Assembly: GCA_021817905.1 (NCBI GenBank)
Contig: JAKAFM010000001.1
Span: 3,985 to 67,984, forward strand
From: a bacterium
GTDB lineage: Bacteria; Patescibacteriota; Microgenomatia; UBA12405
Reading direction: 5' to 3'
Length of the DNA: 64,000 bases
This document shows, one piece after another, positions 40,752-49,235 of this stretch (its first letter is position 1; every line of letters starts with the position of its first letter). The notes beneath the pieces were generated by a model. It did not search any database, was not told the origin of the DNA, and saw only the letters and a program-made list of their open reading frames with translations. Both the position numbers and the translations under genes were made by a program.

Positions 40752-41574
40752 AGTTGCGATATTCTAACATTTTTGTCAGCTTTTCCCCTATAACCAATTC
40801 AATTTCGCCACTAATTACAGTTGGATCATAAACTACCTGACAACCTGCATATTGATGTTTAAGCCAGGTCAAAGTTACCCCATTTTCTTTTTCTGAAGTA
40901 ACAACTATTTGGCAATCGGGTTGAATATCTTGAGTCTGAGTCTCTATAACCGTCATTCCTGCCCACCCCAAACGCAACGATAACCACTCTGCCACCCCAT
41001 CTTCTCCACTCGCGTTAATAATGGTCAAACGCGACTCGTCATTCAACAATTCAGTATCGGCAAAATCTCGCGCTAACGTCGTAACAATCGGATTAGTCGG
41101 ACTCATATCACTGGTCAACTGACTGTCTTTTACCAATAATCCATCTACCATTATTTTTAACCTAATACCATTAAGTATACCCGATGATTCCAATAAAGAT
41201 TTCCACCCATCCCAACCATCAACTGTTTCCCGCATTATAACCTCATTAGGTAAAAACCCAAAATTATAAAAAGCCAATTGGCCCAATATTCCTGTCTTCT
41301 TTTCCTGAACCAACAGCCGATAGATACGATCGGTTTGATACCACCCCAAACCTCCCGGAATCCACAACTTTACCGTTTTTGATATCACCAGTTCATTAAC
41401 AATGCCTCTTCGAGGTGAAATCGTTAACAAAGCCATAGATTCTGGACTTACCACCAATATTCGTCTGTCATCTCGACCATTCCACCATCCATGCGACACC
41501 CCATCCCCCACCAACACCGCCGCCATCAACAACACTAATACACCCAAACCCAACCATCTACGATATGGCATCAA
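40735..41574 (-). CDS. Membrane protein with LytR_C-like domain
   Basis: N-terminal TM; IINASG...A...IELVIGE. Confidence 0.6.
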   Translation of the reverse strand: MMPYRRWLGLGVLVLLMAAVLVGDGVSHGWWNGRDDRRILVVSPESMALLTISPRRGIVNELVISKTVKLWIPGGLGWYQTDRIYRLLVQEKKTGILGQLAFYNFGFLPNEVIMRETVDGWDGWKSLLESSGILNGIRLKIMVDGLLVKDSQLTSDMSPTNPIVTTLARDFADTELLNDESRLTIINASGEDGVAEWLSLRLGWAGMTVIETQTQDIQPDCQIVVTSEKENGVTLTWLKHQYAGCQVVYDPTVISGEIELVIGEKLTKMLEYRNYVRSF

Positions 41575-42241
41575 ATTGCTTCAAAACAGTAACTAAATCA
41601 CCCGCTAATAAAGTACTAAATTCCTTTCTTTCCCCACTTTCAGGGTGATGTAACGACAAATAACCTGCATGTAAAAAAGGTCGCTGTATCCCGGCAACCA
41701 TCTCCCCGCCATACGTTCTATCACCCACCAAAGGCCAACCTAAATAACTCATATGAACCCGAATTTGATGCGTCCTGCCTGTCTTTAATCGTACTTCCAA
41801 TAGACTATAGATTTTACCTAAATATCGATATTTCTGTTCAAGCCTAAAACTTGTTTCTGCCATTTTCCCTTCGGGCTTAACCCGCCATTTACCAAAACTA
41901 CCCGTAAATCTTCCAATCGGGGCTTTAACCTCACCTACTCTGGAACAATTGCCTCCAACCAGTGCTGTGTATACCTTTATCACTTCCCTATTTTTAAACT
42001 GTCGCTGTAAATTATCCAGAGACTGTTGTTGTAACGCGATCGCCACCAACCCTGATGTTCCCTTATCAATTCGATGCACAATTCCGTGCCGTTTTAAAAC
42101 AACACTCTCAGGAAAATGATGGTTCACCCAATTTTCCAAGGTTAGACCAGCTATTACCCCTTCGGAAGTCACCGTCATTCCCGCTGGCTTATTAACAATC
42201 ACCATAGCCTCATCCTGATAGATAATCGTTACTTCTTCCAT
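41558..42241 (-). CDS. RluA-family pseudouridine synthase
   Basis: VNKPAG, HRIDKGTSG, TGRTHQIRVH, VGDRTYG, FLHA; no S4 domain. Confidence 0.93.
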   Translation of the reverse strand: MEEVTIIYQDEAMVIVNKPAGMTVTSEGVIAGLTLENWVNHHFPESVVLKRHGIVHRIDKGTSGLVAIALQQQSLDNLQRQFKNREVIKVYTALVGGNCSRVGEVKAPIGRFTGSFGKWRVKPEGKMAETSFRLEQKYRYLGKIYSLLEVRLKTGRTHQIRVHMSYLGWPLVGDRTYGGEMVAGIQRPFLHAGYLSLHHPESGERKEFSTLLAGDLVTVLKQFDAIS

Positions 42242-42570
42242 AACTGTTGTAATAATAACCCCACAATTCCTACAGCAATTATCCAATCTCCGACATTATT
42301 ATACAAACCAATAATCGGTAAATACCAATAATCACGAACATAACCAAATCGCAATCGATCTCCCAAATTAACTAACCCTCCAATTGCCGCCATTTTCCCA
42401 CCAATTCGCCACAAAACCACAATCACCATTATCTCTATCAAAACAATTAGTCCAACCAACCCTTGGCCAATTCCAAAACTGATTCCATAATTAGACACTA
42501 CTGTCCCGCGAGTTGCCAAAAATTCATGCAAACAAAATCCTGCTACCGCTATCAATAACCATTTAGTCAT
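42229..42570 (-). CDS. lspA: Signal peptidase II (minimal)
   Basis: NYGISFG, GGLVNLGDR, VRD and NVGD catalytic Asp motifs. Confidence 0.8.
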   Translation of the reverse strand: MTKWLLIAVAGFCLHEFLATRGTVVSNYGISFGIGQGLVGLIVLIEIMVIVVLWRIGGKMAAIGGLVNLGDRLRFGYVRDYWYLPIIGLYNNVGDWIIAVGIVGLLLQQLWKK

Positions 42571-42931
42571 CCATCTCTTTACTACAGCTAATGCAAAGGG
42601 TTATTTCCGGTCTAACCGCTAATCGGTCAGTATCAATCATCTGACCACATCGTTCACAGACACCATATTTACCAATCTTAATCCGCGCCAAAGCTTTTCG
42701 GAATTGGACTATTTGCTTTGATAAAAATTTTGCTTTTGCCTGAGTCTCATTATGTCCGATTTGCTCGTCAACATCCTCTTCCACTGAATTTTGAACAGTC
42801 CGATCGCTATTCATAAATGGGTCGCTCTTCTCAATTGAGTGTTTTGTTTTACGTAGTCGAGCCAATTCGTTCTGTAAAAATCCTTTAATCGGAATCAACA
42901 ATGATTTTGGGAATACTACCGAATTATTCAT
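42563..42931 (-). CDS. DksA/TraR C4 zinc-finger protein
   Basis: ALARIKIGKYGVCERCG...RL...P...CISC. Confidence 0.9.
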   Translation of the reverse strand: MNNSVVFPKSLLIPIKGFLQNELARLRKTKHSIEKSDPFMNSDRTVQNSVEEDVDEQIGHNETQAKAKFLSKQIVQFRKALARIKIGKYGVCERCGQMIDTDRLAVRPEITLCISCSKEMDD

Positions 42932-43602
42932 TTTTTCTTCCTCCCAGTAATAAATGATAAATGCTTAAAAGTGTCACCTAGGATAAACATTCCTCCCGCA
43001 GATGTCAAACTCAAGCCAACCATCAACCCTATCCATATCATATCGAAACCAAGATAATAAAGCCAGCCGCAAGCCACCACTCCAAAAGTAAAGAGTACCC
43101 ACCAAAACAAAAATCCCTTTTTACCGCTCGGATACCATATAAACGAACGATAGCGATTTTTTACCAGCAGAGCCAACAATAAAACCAGCAATGTCAATAA
43201 TCCCCATCCCAATAACGCAAACGACCTCCCTCCCCATATCCAATCCGTCCAGATCATGCCACTCATTAAAAAAACCACAAACGGGGTAATTTCTTCTGCT
43301 AACACGTAAAATCGCCACTTTTTTGAAGAACAAAAATAAAGCGTCCAACCTATCACTGCCACCACCGAACCCCAATATGCCATTCCCGCAATCCTCCACA
43401 CCAGTAACCACTGCCACCAACTGTCCCATACTCCCAGATGGGTTATTCCGTATGCAATTCTTCCGCCAACTATAACCATAAACAAAGTCGACCAAAGATA
43501 AAGTAAAAGATCATTAATTTGATAATCTTCCCGAAGTGCCCGCCAACTCAAATACACAAACAACGTCACCACAAAAAGCCTGAAAATAATCAACAGAATC
43601 AT
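42928..43602 (-). CDS. Prolipoprotein diacylglyceryl transferase-like membrane protein
   Basis: IVGGRIAY motif, multiple TM helices, clustering with lspA; C-terminal Lgt motifs not evident. Confidence 0.55.
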   Translation of the reverse strand: MILLIIFRLFVVTLFVYLSWRALREDYQINDLLLYLWSTLFMVIVGGRIAYGITHLGVWDSWWQWLLVWRIAGMAYWGSVVAVIGWTLYFCSSKKWRFYVLAEEITPFVVFLMSGMIWTDWIWGGRSFALLGWGLLTLLVLLLALLVKNRYRSFIWYPSGKKGFLFWWVLFTFGVVACGWLYYLGFDMIWIGLMVGLSLTSAGGMFILGDTFKHLSFITGRKKK

Positions 43603-43628
43603 GACCTATTGTACCGCACCAAACATAG

Positions 43629-43712
43629 TGCCGAGGAAGGGAATCGAACCCCTATGACATTGCTGTCACACGATTTTGAGTCGTGCGCGTCTGCCAGTTC
43701 CGCCACCCCGGC
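43629..43712 (-). tRNA. tRNA-Leu (anticodon CAA)
   Basis: Minus strand GCCGGGG...CACGA-CTCAAAA-TCGTG, long variable arm, GGTTCGATTCC, CCTCGGCA. Confidence 0.95.
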
Positions 43713-43730
43713 GTTAGGCTTATTGTACCA

Positions 43731-45035
43731 CTAACCCTTCTTCTCCACATCAAAAAAGCTGACCTGTTTACCGTTAAAATACAAATTCATCTCCCCTATT
43801 GGACCATTTCGATGCTTTGCAATACTCAAGGTCACATTCTCCCGAATTTCCTCATCTTCTCGACTCAAAAACATGACCACATCAGCATCCTGTTCAATAC
43901 TACCCGACTCCCGCAAATCAGAAAGCTTTGGCTTTCCTCCTCGAGCTTCCATCGCCCGCGATAATTGCGCTGCTGCCACAATGGGAATTCGTAACTCCCG
44001 AGCCAAATTTTTTAAACCTTGGGAAATTTCTGAAACCTCTTGGACACGATTATCCCGAGTCATGCCATGCATTAGCTGCAAATAGTCAACCAGAATAAAT
44101 TTAATTCCTCTCTCCGACTGTAAACGTCTTGCCTTCGTCCGTAACTCAGTTACTGTTAAGCCAGGACTATCATCAATATAAAGCGGTGCCTCAGCCAAAA
44201 TTCCCATCGCCTCAGAAAGCGACACAAAATCATCATCATTCAATTGTCCGGTTTTCAATTTCCAGGAATCCAACAATCCCTGACGTACCAACAGCCGATC
44301 GACCAATTCCTCCTTACTCATTTCCAATGAAAAAATACACACTGGCTGCTTTAGTTCAACTGCAATATACCTGGCAACATTCATACAAAACGCAGTTTTT
44401 CCAACTCCTGGTCGAGCCGCTAAAATCAACAAATTACTATCCTGCATTCCCGCCAACATTTTATCTAAAGTCCCAAATCCGGTTCCCAAACCACGAAGTC
44501 CACTCCCCCGTTTTTGTAATTCGTCAAGCCGGTCGAAACTTGCCGTCAAAACTTCACGCAATGATGTCGGCACATTCCGCAAATGTCGTTGAGTCAACGA
44601 GAATATTTCTTGCTCCGCCGCATCCAATAACTCCGACGAAGGCAAACCTTCATCAAATGCTTTTTCTGTAATTCGAGCCGCAGCTGAAATCAGCTCCCTC
44701 TTGGCCGACAACGATCGAATAATTTGTCCGTAACTTTCGACATTAGCACTGGTTGGCACATCATCTGCCAATCTGGCTAAAAACGCCTTGCCACCAATCT
44801 TCTTAAGGTACTTTAACTCTTTTAATTTTTCCGATACAGTAACAATATCAATCGGCGTTCGATTCTGATAGAGCAATTGCATTGCCTCATAAATCTTGCC
44901 GTGGATTTCGTTATAAAAATGCTCCGGCAACAAAAACTCCGACACATTTAAAATTGCCTCATTATCAATCAAAATTGAACCTAATACCGATTTTTCTGCC
45001 TCCTCCGAAGACGGCGGAATCTTTAGATCGCTCAT
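43731..45035 (-). CDS. dnaB: Replicative DNA helicase
   Basis: AEKSVLG, AARPGVGKT, FSLEM, VDYLQL, QLSR, DLRESGSIEQDAD, KHRNG. Confidence 0.98.
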   Translation of the reverse strand: MSDLKIPPSSEEAEKSVLGSILIDNEAILNVSEFLLPEHFYNEIHGKIYEAMQLLYQNRTPIDIVTVSEKLKELKYLKKIGGKAFLARLADDVPTSANVESYGQIIRSLSAKRELISAAARITEKAFDEGLPSSELLDAAEQEIFSLTQRHLRNVPTSLREVLTASFDRLDELQKRGSGLRGLGTGFGTLDKMLAGMQDSNLLILAARPGVGKTAFCMNVARYIAVELKQPVCIFSLEMSKEELVDRLLVRQGLLDSWKLKTGQLNDDDFVSLSEAMGILAEAPLYIDDSPGLTVTELRTKARRLQSERGIKFILVDYLQLMHGMTRDNRVQEVSEISQGLKNLARELRIPIVAAAQLSRAMEARGGKPKLSDLRESGSIEQDADVVMFLSREDEEIRENVTLSIAKHRNGPIGEMNLYFNGKQVSFFDVEKKG

Positions 45036-45053
45036 ATGCAATTGTAATACACT

Positions 45054-46484
45054 TTAGTAAAGTTGGCTTTGTTTATCGTTAAGCGATAATTTAAGTAAAT
45101 TTAAATCATTAGCTGTGGCCTGGCAATCACCATCTAAATCAGTTGCTAAATTGGCCCCACTATCTACTGTCCGATGTGTTAAAACATCTGATTTTACCAG
45201 TGAAAAATCAAGCCCATTAATGACCCCATCCCCATTAGCATCCCCGGCCATCAAAGGGTAATGACTAAAATCAAATACTGTTCCTGATGTCAGATCCAGA
45301 GTTCCGCCAGCTAAACCATAATAATCACTCTGACCATCTTTACCATATTTAGTCTGAATTTGCTTCGGACCTTTAACAAAAATTGCGGCATTAGTCATCG
45401 TTGATAAATTCACATTTGGCAATGTCACCCGATAAATAACTGCACTCGCCACCACCCCGATTCGTTCGGGGGTAACTTGGTCATACTGCGCCAGCGCATT
45501 CCCACTTTTTACAATCACACTAACCGGCGCAACCACCGGACATTGCCCATCAGCCACCAATCCTCCAAATGACATTAAAAATTGGACCAAACCAGTTGTT
45601 GAAGATGTCACCTGTGTTGGCGTTGGAATAGGAGTCATAACCATTGTTGGCTGAACTCCTGTTGCCGGTTGTTGAATCATTGTCGGCGAAGGTAATACAG
45701 TTCCACTACCTACTGTAAAACTGACATCCCGATTCTTACCCTCCCCACTTGAAAAAGTCGCTGTATACACTCCTGGAGTGGTCACCACCGGACAAGTCCA
45801 TTGCCACCAACAACTCATGCCATCACCCATAGTGTTACCGCTACACTTCGTCGCTGCAGGATTACTAACACAGAGAGACTTATTACTAATGCCTGCTGAA
45901 TTAAGATTAATGTTAGTAAGTCCATCATTCGAAGTAAACGTCAGCGTCACCTGGCCGCCCGGAGTTACTAATGCTGGAGTTACGTATCCATTAAGACCAT
46001 TAATTGTCGTTACGGTTGGCTGAATTGCTGTCCCTGTTGACGTTGGCAATGGTGCAGTTCCGCCAACCGTAATGGTAACGTTTCTAGTATTACCTTCACT
46101 ACTGCTAAACGTTCCAACATAAGTACCTGGCGTAAAGCTTGCTGTACAGGTCCATTGCCACCAACAACTCATGCCATCACCCATTGGATTGCCACTGCAC
46201 TTAGCACTATTAACCAAATCGAGTTGACAACTACTCAATTGTCCCGAAGCAAAACTGACATTAGTATATCCTTGTGCTGCCGTAAAAGTAACCTTTACTT
46301 GACCCCCGGGAGCTACTGGCTGTGGATTAACATAAGCGTTAAGACCATTAATCGTATCTAAAGTCGAAGTACTTGTTGCCCGACCTCGATTATCAAGATT
46401 AGTTTTTAATTCCAAAACAATCAACGGTACTGTAGCCACTAAAAGCAAACTCCATATCACCCAAAATGAAATATGTTTATTCAT
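45054..46484 (-). CDS. Membrane-anchored protein with two Cys/Trp-rich repeats and a dockerin-like C-terminus
   Basis: KCSGNxMGDGMSCWWQWTC twice; GDANGDGVINGLD and DLDGDCQATAND EF-hand-like pair. Confidence 0.8.
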   Translation of the reverse strand: MNKHISFWVIWSLLLVATVPLIVLELKTNLDNRGRATSTSTLDTINGLNAYVNPQPVAPGGQVKVTFTAAQGYTNVSFASGQLSSCQLDLVNSAKCSGNPMGDGMSCWWQWTCTASFTPGTYVGTFSSSEGNTRNVTITVGGTAPLPTSTGTAIQPTVTTINGLNGYVTPALVTPGGQVTLTFTSNDGLTNINLNSAGISNKSLCVSNPAATKCSGNTMGDGMSCWWQWTCPVVTTPGVYTATFSSGEGKNRDVSFTVGSGTVLPSPTMIQQPATGVQPTMVMTPIPTPTQVTSSTTGLVQFLMSFGGLVADGQCPVVAPVSVIVKSGNALAQYDQVTPERIGVVASAVIYRVTLPNVNLSTMTNAAIFVKGPKQIQTKYGKDGQSDYYGLAGGTLDLTSGTVFDFSHYPLMAGDANGDGVINGLDFSLVKSDVLTHRTVDSGANLATDLDGDCQATANDLNLLKLSLNDKQSQLY

Positions 46485-47043
46485 GTCTATTTAATACTAC
46501 CACCTCAAGACCTTCTGGCAACTCATCTCGACTTATCTTAAGACTAGCCACCGGCAAAAGATCTTCTCGGTCAACCACATCCAAAAAAGTCTTCAATTCA
46601 TCCTCGCTTTCATAACCAACCGGAATAACATAATTTACTCCCCACTTCTTCGCCCATGATAAATATAATTTCAACTTTTCCAAAGATTTTTTTGCACACG
46701 GCACAAAAAGAACATCCAATGAATCAATTCGCTCAATTTTCTTTTCGGTCAAATCTTCAATAGGCTCTCCCATTACCCCAACCGACACCCCATCAATTGT
46801 TATCGCATAAACAGTTGACCCCTGTCCCGCCGAGATTCCCGTTAACTCTACCCCTCCAACTTCATATTCTCCCGGACCGGCAATAACTACTTGATCAGGA
46901 CTTTTCTTCACAAAGTTCCACATATTTTTAGTTGATACCACTACTCGTCCCTCAAAACCATTCTTCTCTTCAGGATCAATTACTACTTGTTCTTTTTTTC
47001 CCTTAAGTACTAGACAATAATCATGTAGGTACTGGATTTCCAT
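46477..47043 (-). CDS. Metallo-beta-lactamase-fold-like protein (degenerate)
   Basis: VVIDP, GPGEYEVGG, DVLFVP, VIPV; the HxHxDH metal motif is absent. Confidence 0.65.
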   Translation of the reverse strand: MEIQYLHDYCLVLKGKKEQVVIDPEEKNGFEGRVVVSTKNMWNFVKKSPDQVVIAGPGEYEVGGVELTGISAGQGSTVYAITIDGVSVGVMGEPIEDLTEKKIERIDSLDVLFVPCAKKSLEKLKLYLSWAKKWGVNYVIPVGYESEDELKTFLDVVDREDLLPVASLKISRDELPEGLEVVVLNRHE

Positions 47044-47079
47044 AAAAATTACTATATCATGATATGATAATATCTGCAC

Positions 47080-47532
47080 ATGGTAAAAGAACTCTCCCTT
47101 GCAATAATTCTCGGTTTGATAATTGGATTTGTCGTAACTGGAGGCGTTATAAGCCTAACAAAAAATAAGAATCCAGCTACCAAAAATACTACTCCCACCC
47201 CGACAATTACCGCGATCACTACCAGCCCATCAGAAACTACCACCAGCGATACTCCAACGCCAGTTCAAACCTTAACGATCTCTTCTCCGGTCAATGAAAC
47301 CGTTGTCGATACCGATAAACAAACCATCACCGGTACTACTAATCCCAACGCTACCATCATAATCGCTACATCCAACGATTCAATCACCGCCACTGCCGAT
47401 CAACAAGGTAATTTTTCAGTTCCTATCACTCTTGATGTCGGCATCAATGGTATTCAAGTCGTCAGTTTCGACCCAACAGGAAACCATCAGGAAGTTGACC
47501 TTACGGTTACCTATTCAACCGCCAAAATCTAA
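47080..47532 (+). CDS. Membrane-anchored Ig-like domain protein
   Basis: TM helix, Thr/Pro linker, LTISSP...ITGTT...GNF...GINGI. Confidence 0.75.
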   Translation: MVKELSLAIILGLIIGFVVTGGVISLTKNKNPATKNTTPTPTITAITTSPSETTTSDTPTPVQTLTISSPVNETVVDTDKQTITGTTNPNATIIIATSNDSITATADQQGNFSVPITLDVGINGIQVVSFDPTGNHQEVDLTVTYSTAKI

Positions 47533-48257
47533 TGTTACTTTTAATCTTCATCCTAAAAACTATCATTCAACCGATATCCGCTTATGCCATTGCCAAACCT
47601 ACCCTGGCAATTACCCCAACATTAATCGCCACCACGTCTGCTGATCTTTCTCCTACAGTTACTCCCGACAGCACCTCACTAACCGAAATCCAAAAGATAA
47701 GAGAAGCCGTTCAGCAAAAAGTAAAAGAAAAATTAAGTGAAATTGTTGCCCTTGATACAACCAAAAAAAGAGGTGTCTATGGTAACATTTCAACAATTAG
47801 TGCATCCACCATCACTTTAACCAAAGACGACAACTCTACTATCCAGATAAACACCGATGACACCACCGCATTTATTGATATTAATCGCAAAAAAATCGAC
47901 ATTACCAAACTAAAAACTGGGCAGTCTATATTAGTCATGGGCTACAACAATAATGATGGTAGCCTGGCCGCCAAAAGAATAGTAGTTAACGATCCCTCAT
48001 ACCTTCCCGTTAAAAAAATTATCACCATGGGAAAAATTGTTGACCGTTCCCAAGCTACAAATGTCGCTTTAATTGTTCCTCTCACCGACAAAAACACTCA
48101 ATATCAAGTATCTCTAGTTAACGCCACCACCATTGTCGATAGTACTAATAAGAAATTAGCGATAAAAGATGTTACCGTCGGCAAAAAAGTCATTGCTATA
48201 TTGTCGCCTAGCGCCAAAAATAAAACCTATACCACCGACAAAATTATTATCTTCTAA
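47532..48257 (+). CDS. Secreted protein with DUF5666-like repeats
   Basis: Signal peptide; two OB-like repeats (LKTGQSILV; VTVGKKVIA). Confidence 0.65.
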   Translation: MLLLIFILKTIIQPISAYAIAKPTLAITPTLIATTSADLSPTVTPDSTSLTEIQKIREAVQQKVKEKLSEIVALDTTKKRGVYGNISTISASTITLTKDDNSTIQINTDDTTAFIDINRKKIDITKLKTGQSILVMGYNNNDGSLAAKRIVVNDPSYLPVKKIITMGKIVDRSQATNVALIVPLTDKNTQYQVSLVNATTIVDSTNKKLAIKDVTVGKKVIAILSPSAKNKTYTTDKIIIF

Positions 48258-48823
48258 CTAATCCTTCGTCCCAGCCCTACGCTCTCTTTTCTCAATAGTG
48301 AACTATAATTGGTTATCCAATTTTTTTCAAAAATACCAACAGTAATCCTATTGCCTGCAAACTGAGAACTGGCACAAACATCCACCGTCTTAATCGCTGC
48401 CAAAACCATGAGATACGAATTAAAAGAACTGGTTTCAAATACAACATTAACATTTGGCACTATTTCCCCGACAACATAATCTACCCGCTCATTACAAATA
48501 TCTTGCCAATGGCAATATCGCCACCTATCCTGCTCCGACCACTCCGCACTCTCCATTACCTTCGCCCACGACAACCTCGACCTCAAATACTCTTCCACGT
48601 GTGATAATAATCTCCTTCCATATCGTGCTTCACTTTGAAAGAAATAATCAGCAATTGCGATTGGATAGTCTTGAATTATCATTAGCCCCTTTTCCGGATC
48701 AAGATAATTACTAATAATGTTTTTTATGCGTGGTTCACGCCGCAAAACTTCGTGATACATCAAAAATGTGTCCATCCCTGCCAGTGCCCGAATCATCCGG
48801 TAACGTTCTTCGCTGATTCCCAT
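48254..48823 (-). CDS. Hypothetical protein
   Basis: 189 aa ORF with TATAAT 8 nt before the ATG. Confidence 0.6.
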   Translation of the reverse strand: MGISEERYRMIRALAGMDTFLMYHEVLRREPRIKNIISNYLDPEKGLMIIQDYPIAIADYFFQSEARYGRRLLSHVEEYLRSRLSWAKVMESAEWSEQDRWRYCHWQDICNERVDYVVGEIVPNVNVVFETSSFNSYLMVLAAIKTVDVCASSQFAGNRITVGIFEKNWITNYSSLLRKESVGLGRRIS

Positions 48824-48856
48824 AATATGTAATTATATAATTTTTACCATTTTATA

Positions 48857-48885
48857 TTGACTTTAAAGCCGCCAACCAGTAAAAT
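48857..48885 (+). promoter_or_regulatory. Sigma70 promoter of His leader 1
   Basis: TTGACT, 17 nt, TAAAAT; ATG 6 nt downstream. Confidence 0.75.
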
Positions 48886-48891
48886 TCCCCT

Positions 48892-48930
48892 ATGAAATTG
48901 AGCATTTCATTTCATCATCACGCCAACTAA
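48892..48930 (+). CDS. Histidine attenuation leader peptide 1 (MKLSISFHHHAN)
   Basis: 12-codon ORF with tandem CAT CAT CAC, directly upstream of an antiterminator/terminator. Confidence 0.8.
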   Translation: MKLSISFHHHAN

Positions 48931-48949
48931 GTGTGGCGGGTGTTTTGGT

Positions 48950-48975
48950 AAATCCCCGTCAAGGGGATTTTTTTT
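48950..48975 (+). terminator. Attenuator terminator 1
   Basis: AAATCCCC-GTCAA-GGGGATTT followed by TTTTT; GGCGGG (48935-40) can sequester CCCGTC (48955-60). Confidence 0.85.
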
Positions 48976-49026
48976 GCTTCTTTAGGTCTAATTTTGAACG
49001 AAGTGCTAAAATTTGTCTAAAGAAGC
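48976..49026 (+). repeat. Conserved long hairpin, copy 1
   Basis: GCTTCTTTAGG...AATTTT-GAACGAAGTGCT-AAAATT...TCTAAAGAAGC; homologous to 50669-50719. Confidence 0.75.
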
Positions 49027-49043
49027 AATCCGTCTCAAACGGA

Positions 49044-49108
49044 TTAACATGGTGGTAGACGCTCAATTGGCGAATCTGCAGATGAGTCCGTCGACTGACG
49101 GATTAGAG
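49044..49108 (+). pseudogene. Duplicated tRNA-His 5' half interrupted in the D-loop
   Basis: TTAACATGGTGGTA-gac-GCTCAATTGG [32-nt insert] TTAGAG versus TTAACATGGTGGTA-tta-GCTCAATTGG TTAGAG at the intact gene. Confidence 0.7.
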
Positions 49109-49150
49109 GCCTAATTGATATACTCCACTAAAATAACGTTTCTTTAACAT

Positions 49151-49225
49151 GGTGGTATTAGCTCAATTGGTTAGAGCGCAGCTCTGTGAAAGCTGAGGTT
49201 GCCGGTTCAAGTCCGGTATACCACC
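49151..49225 (+). tRNA. tRNA-His (anticodon GTG)
   Basis: Encoded G-1:C73 pair, acceptor GTGGTAT/ATACCAC, anticodon arm CAGCT-CTGTGAA-AGCTG, T arm GCCGG-TTCAAGT-CCGGT. Confidence 0.96.
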
Positions 49226-49235
49226 CCTAAATAGT

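Noticed and set aside
44129-44671. 180-aa ORF antisense to dnaB, and similar shadow ORFs across the window
   Set aside because: Fully nested opposite or within well-supported genes, with no recognisable motifs
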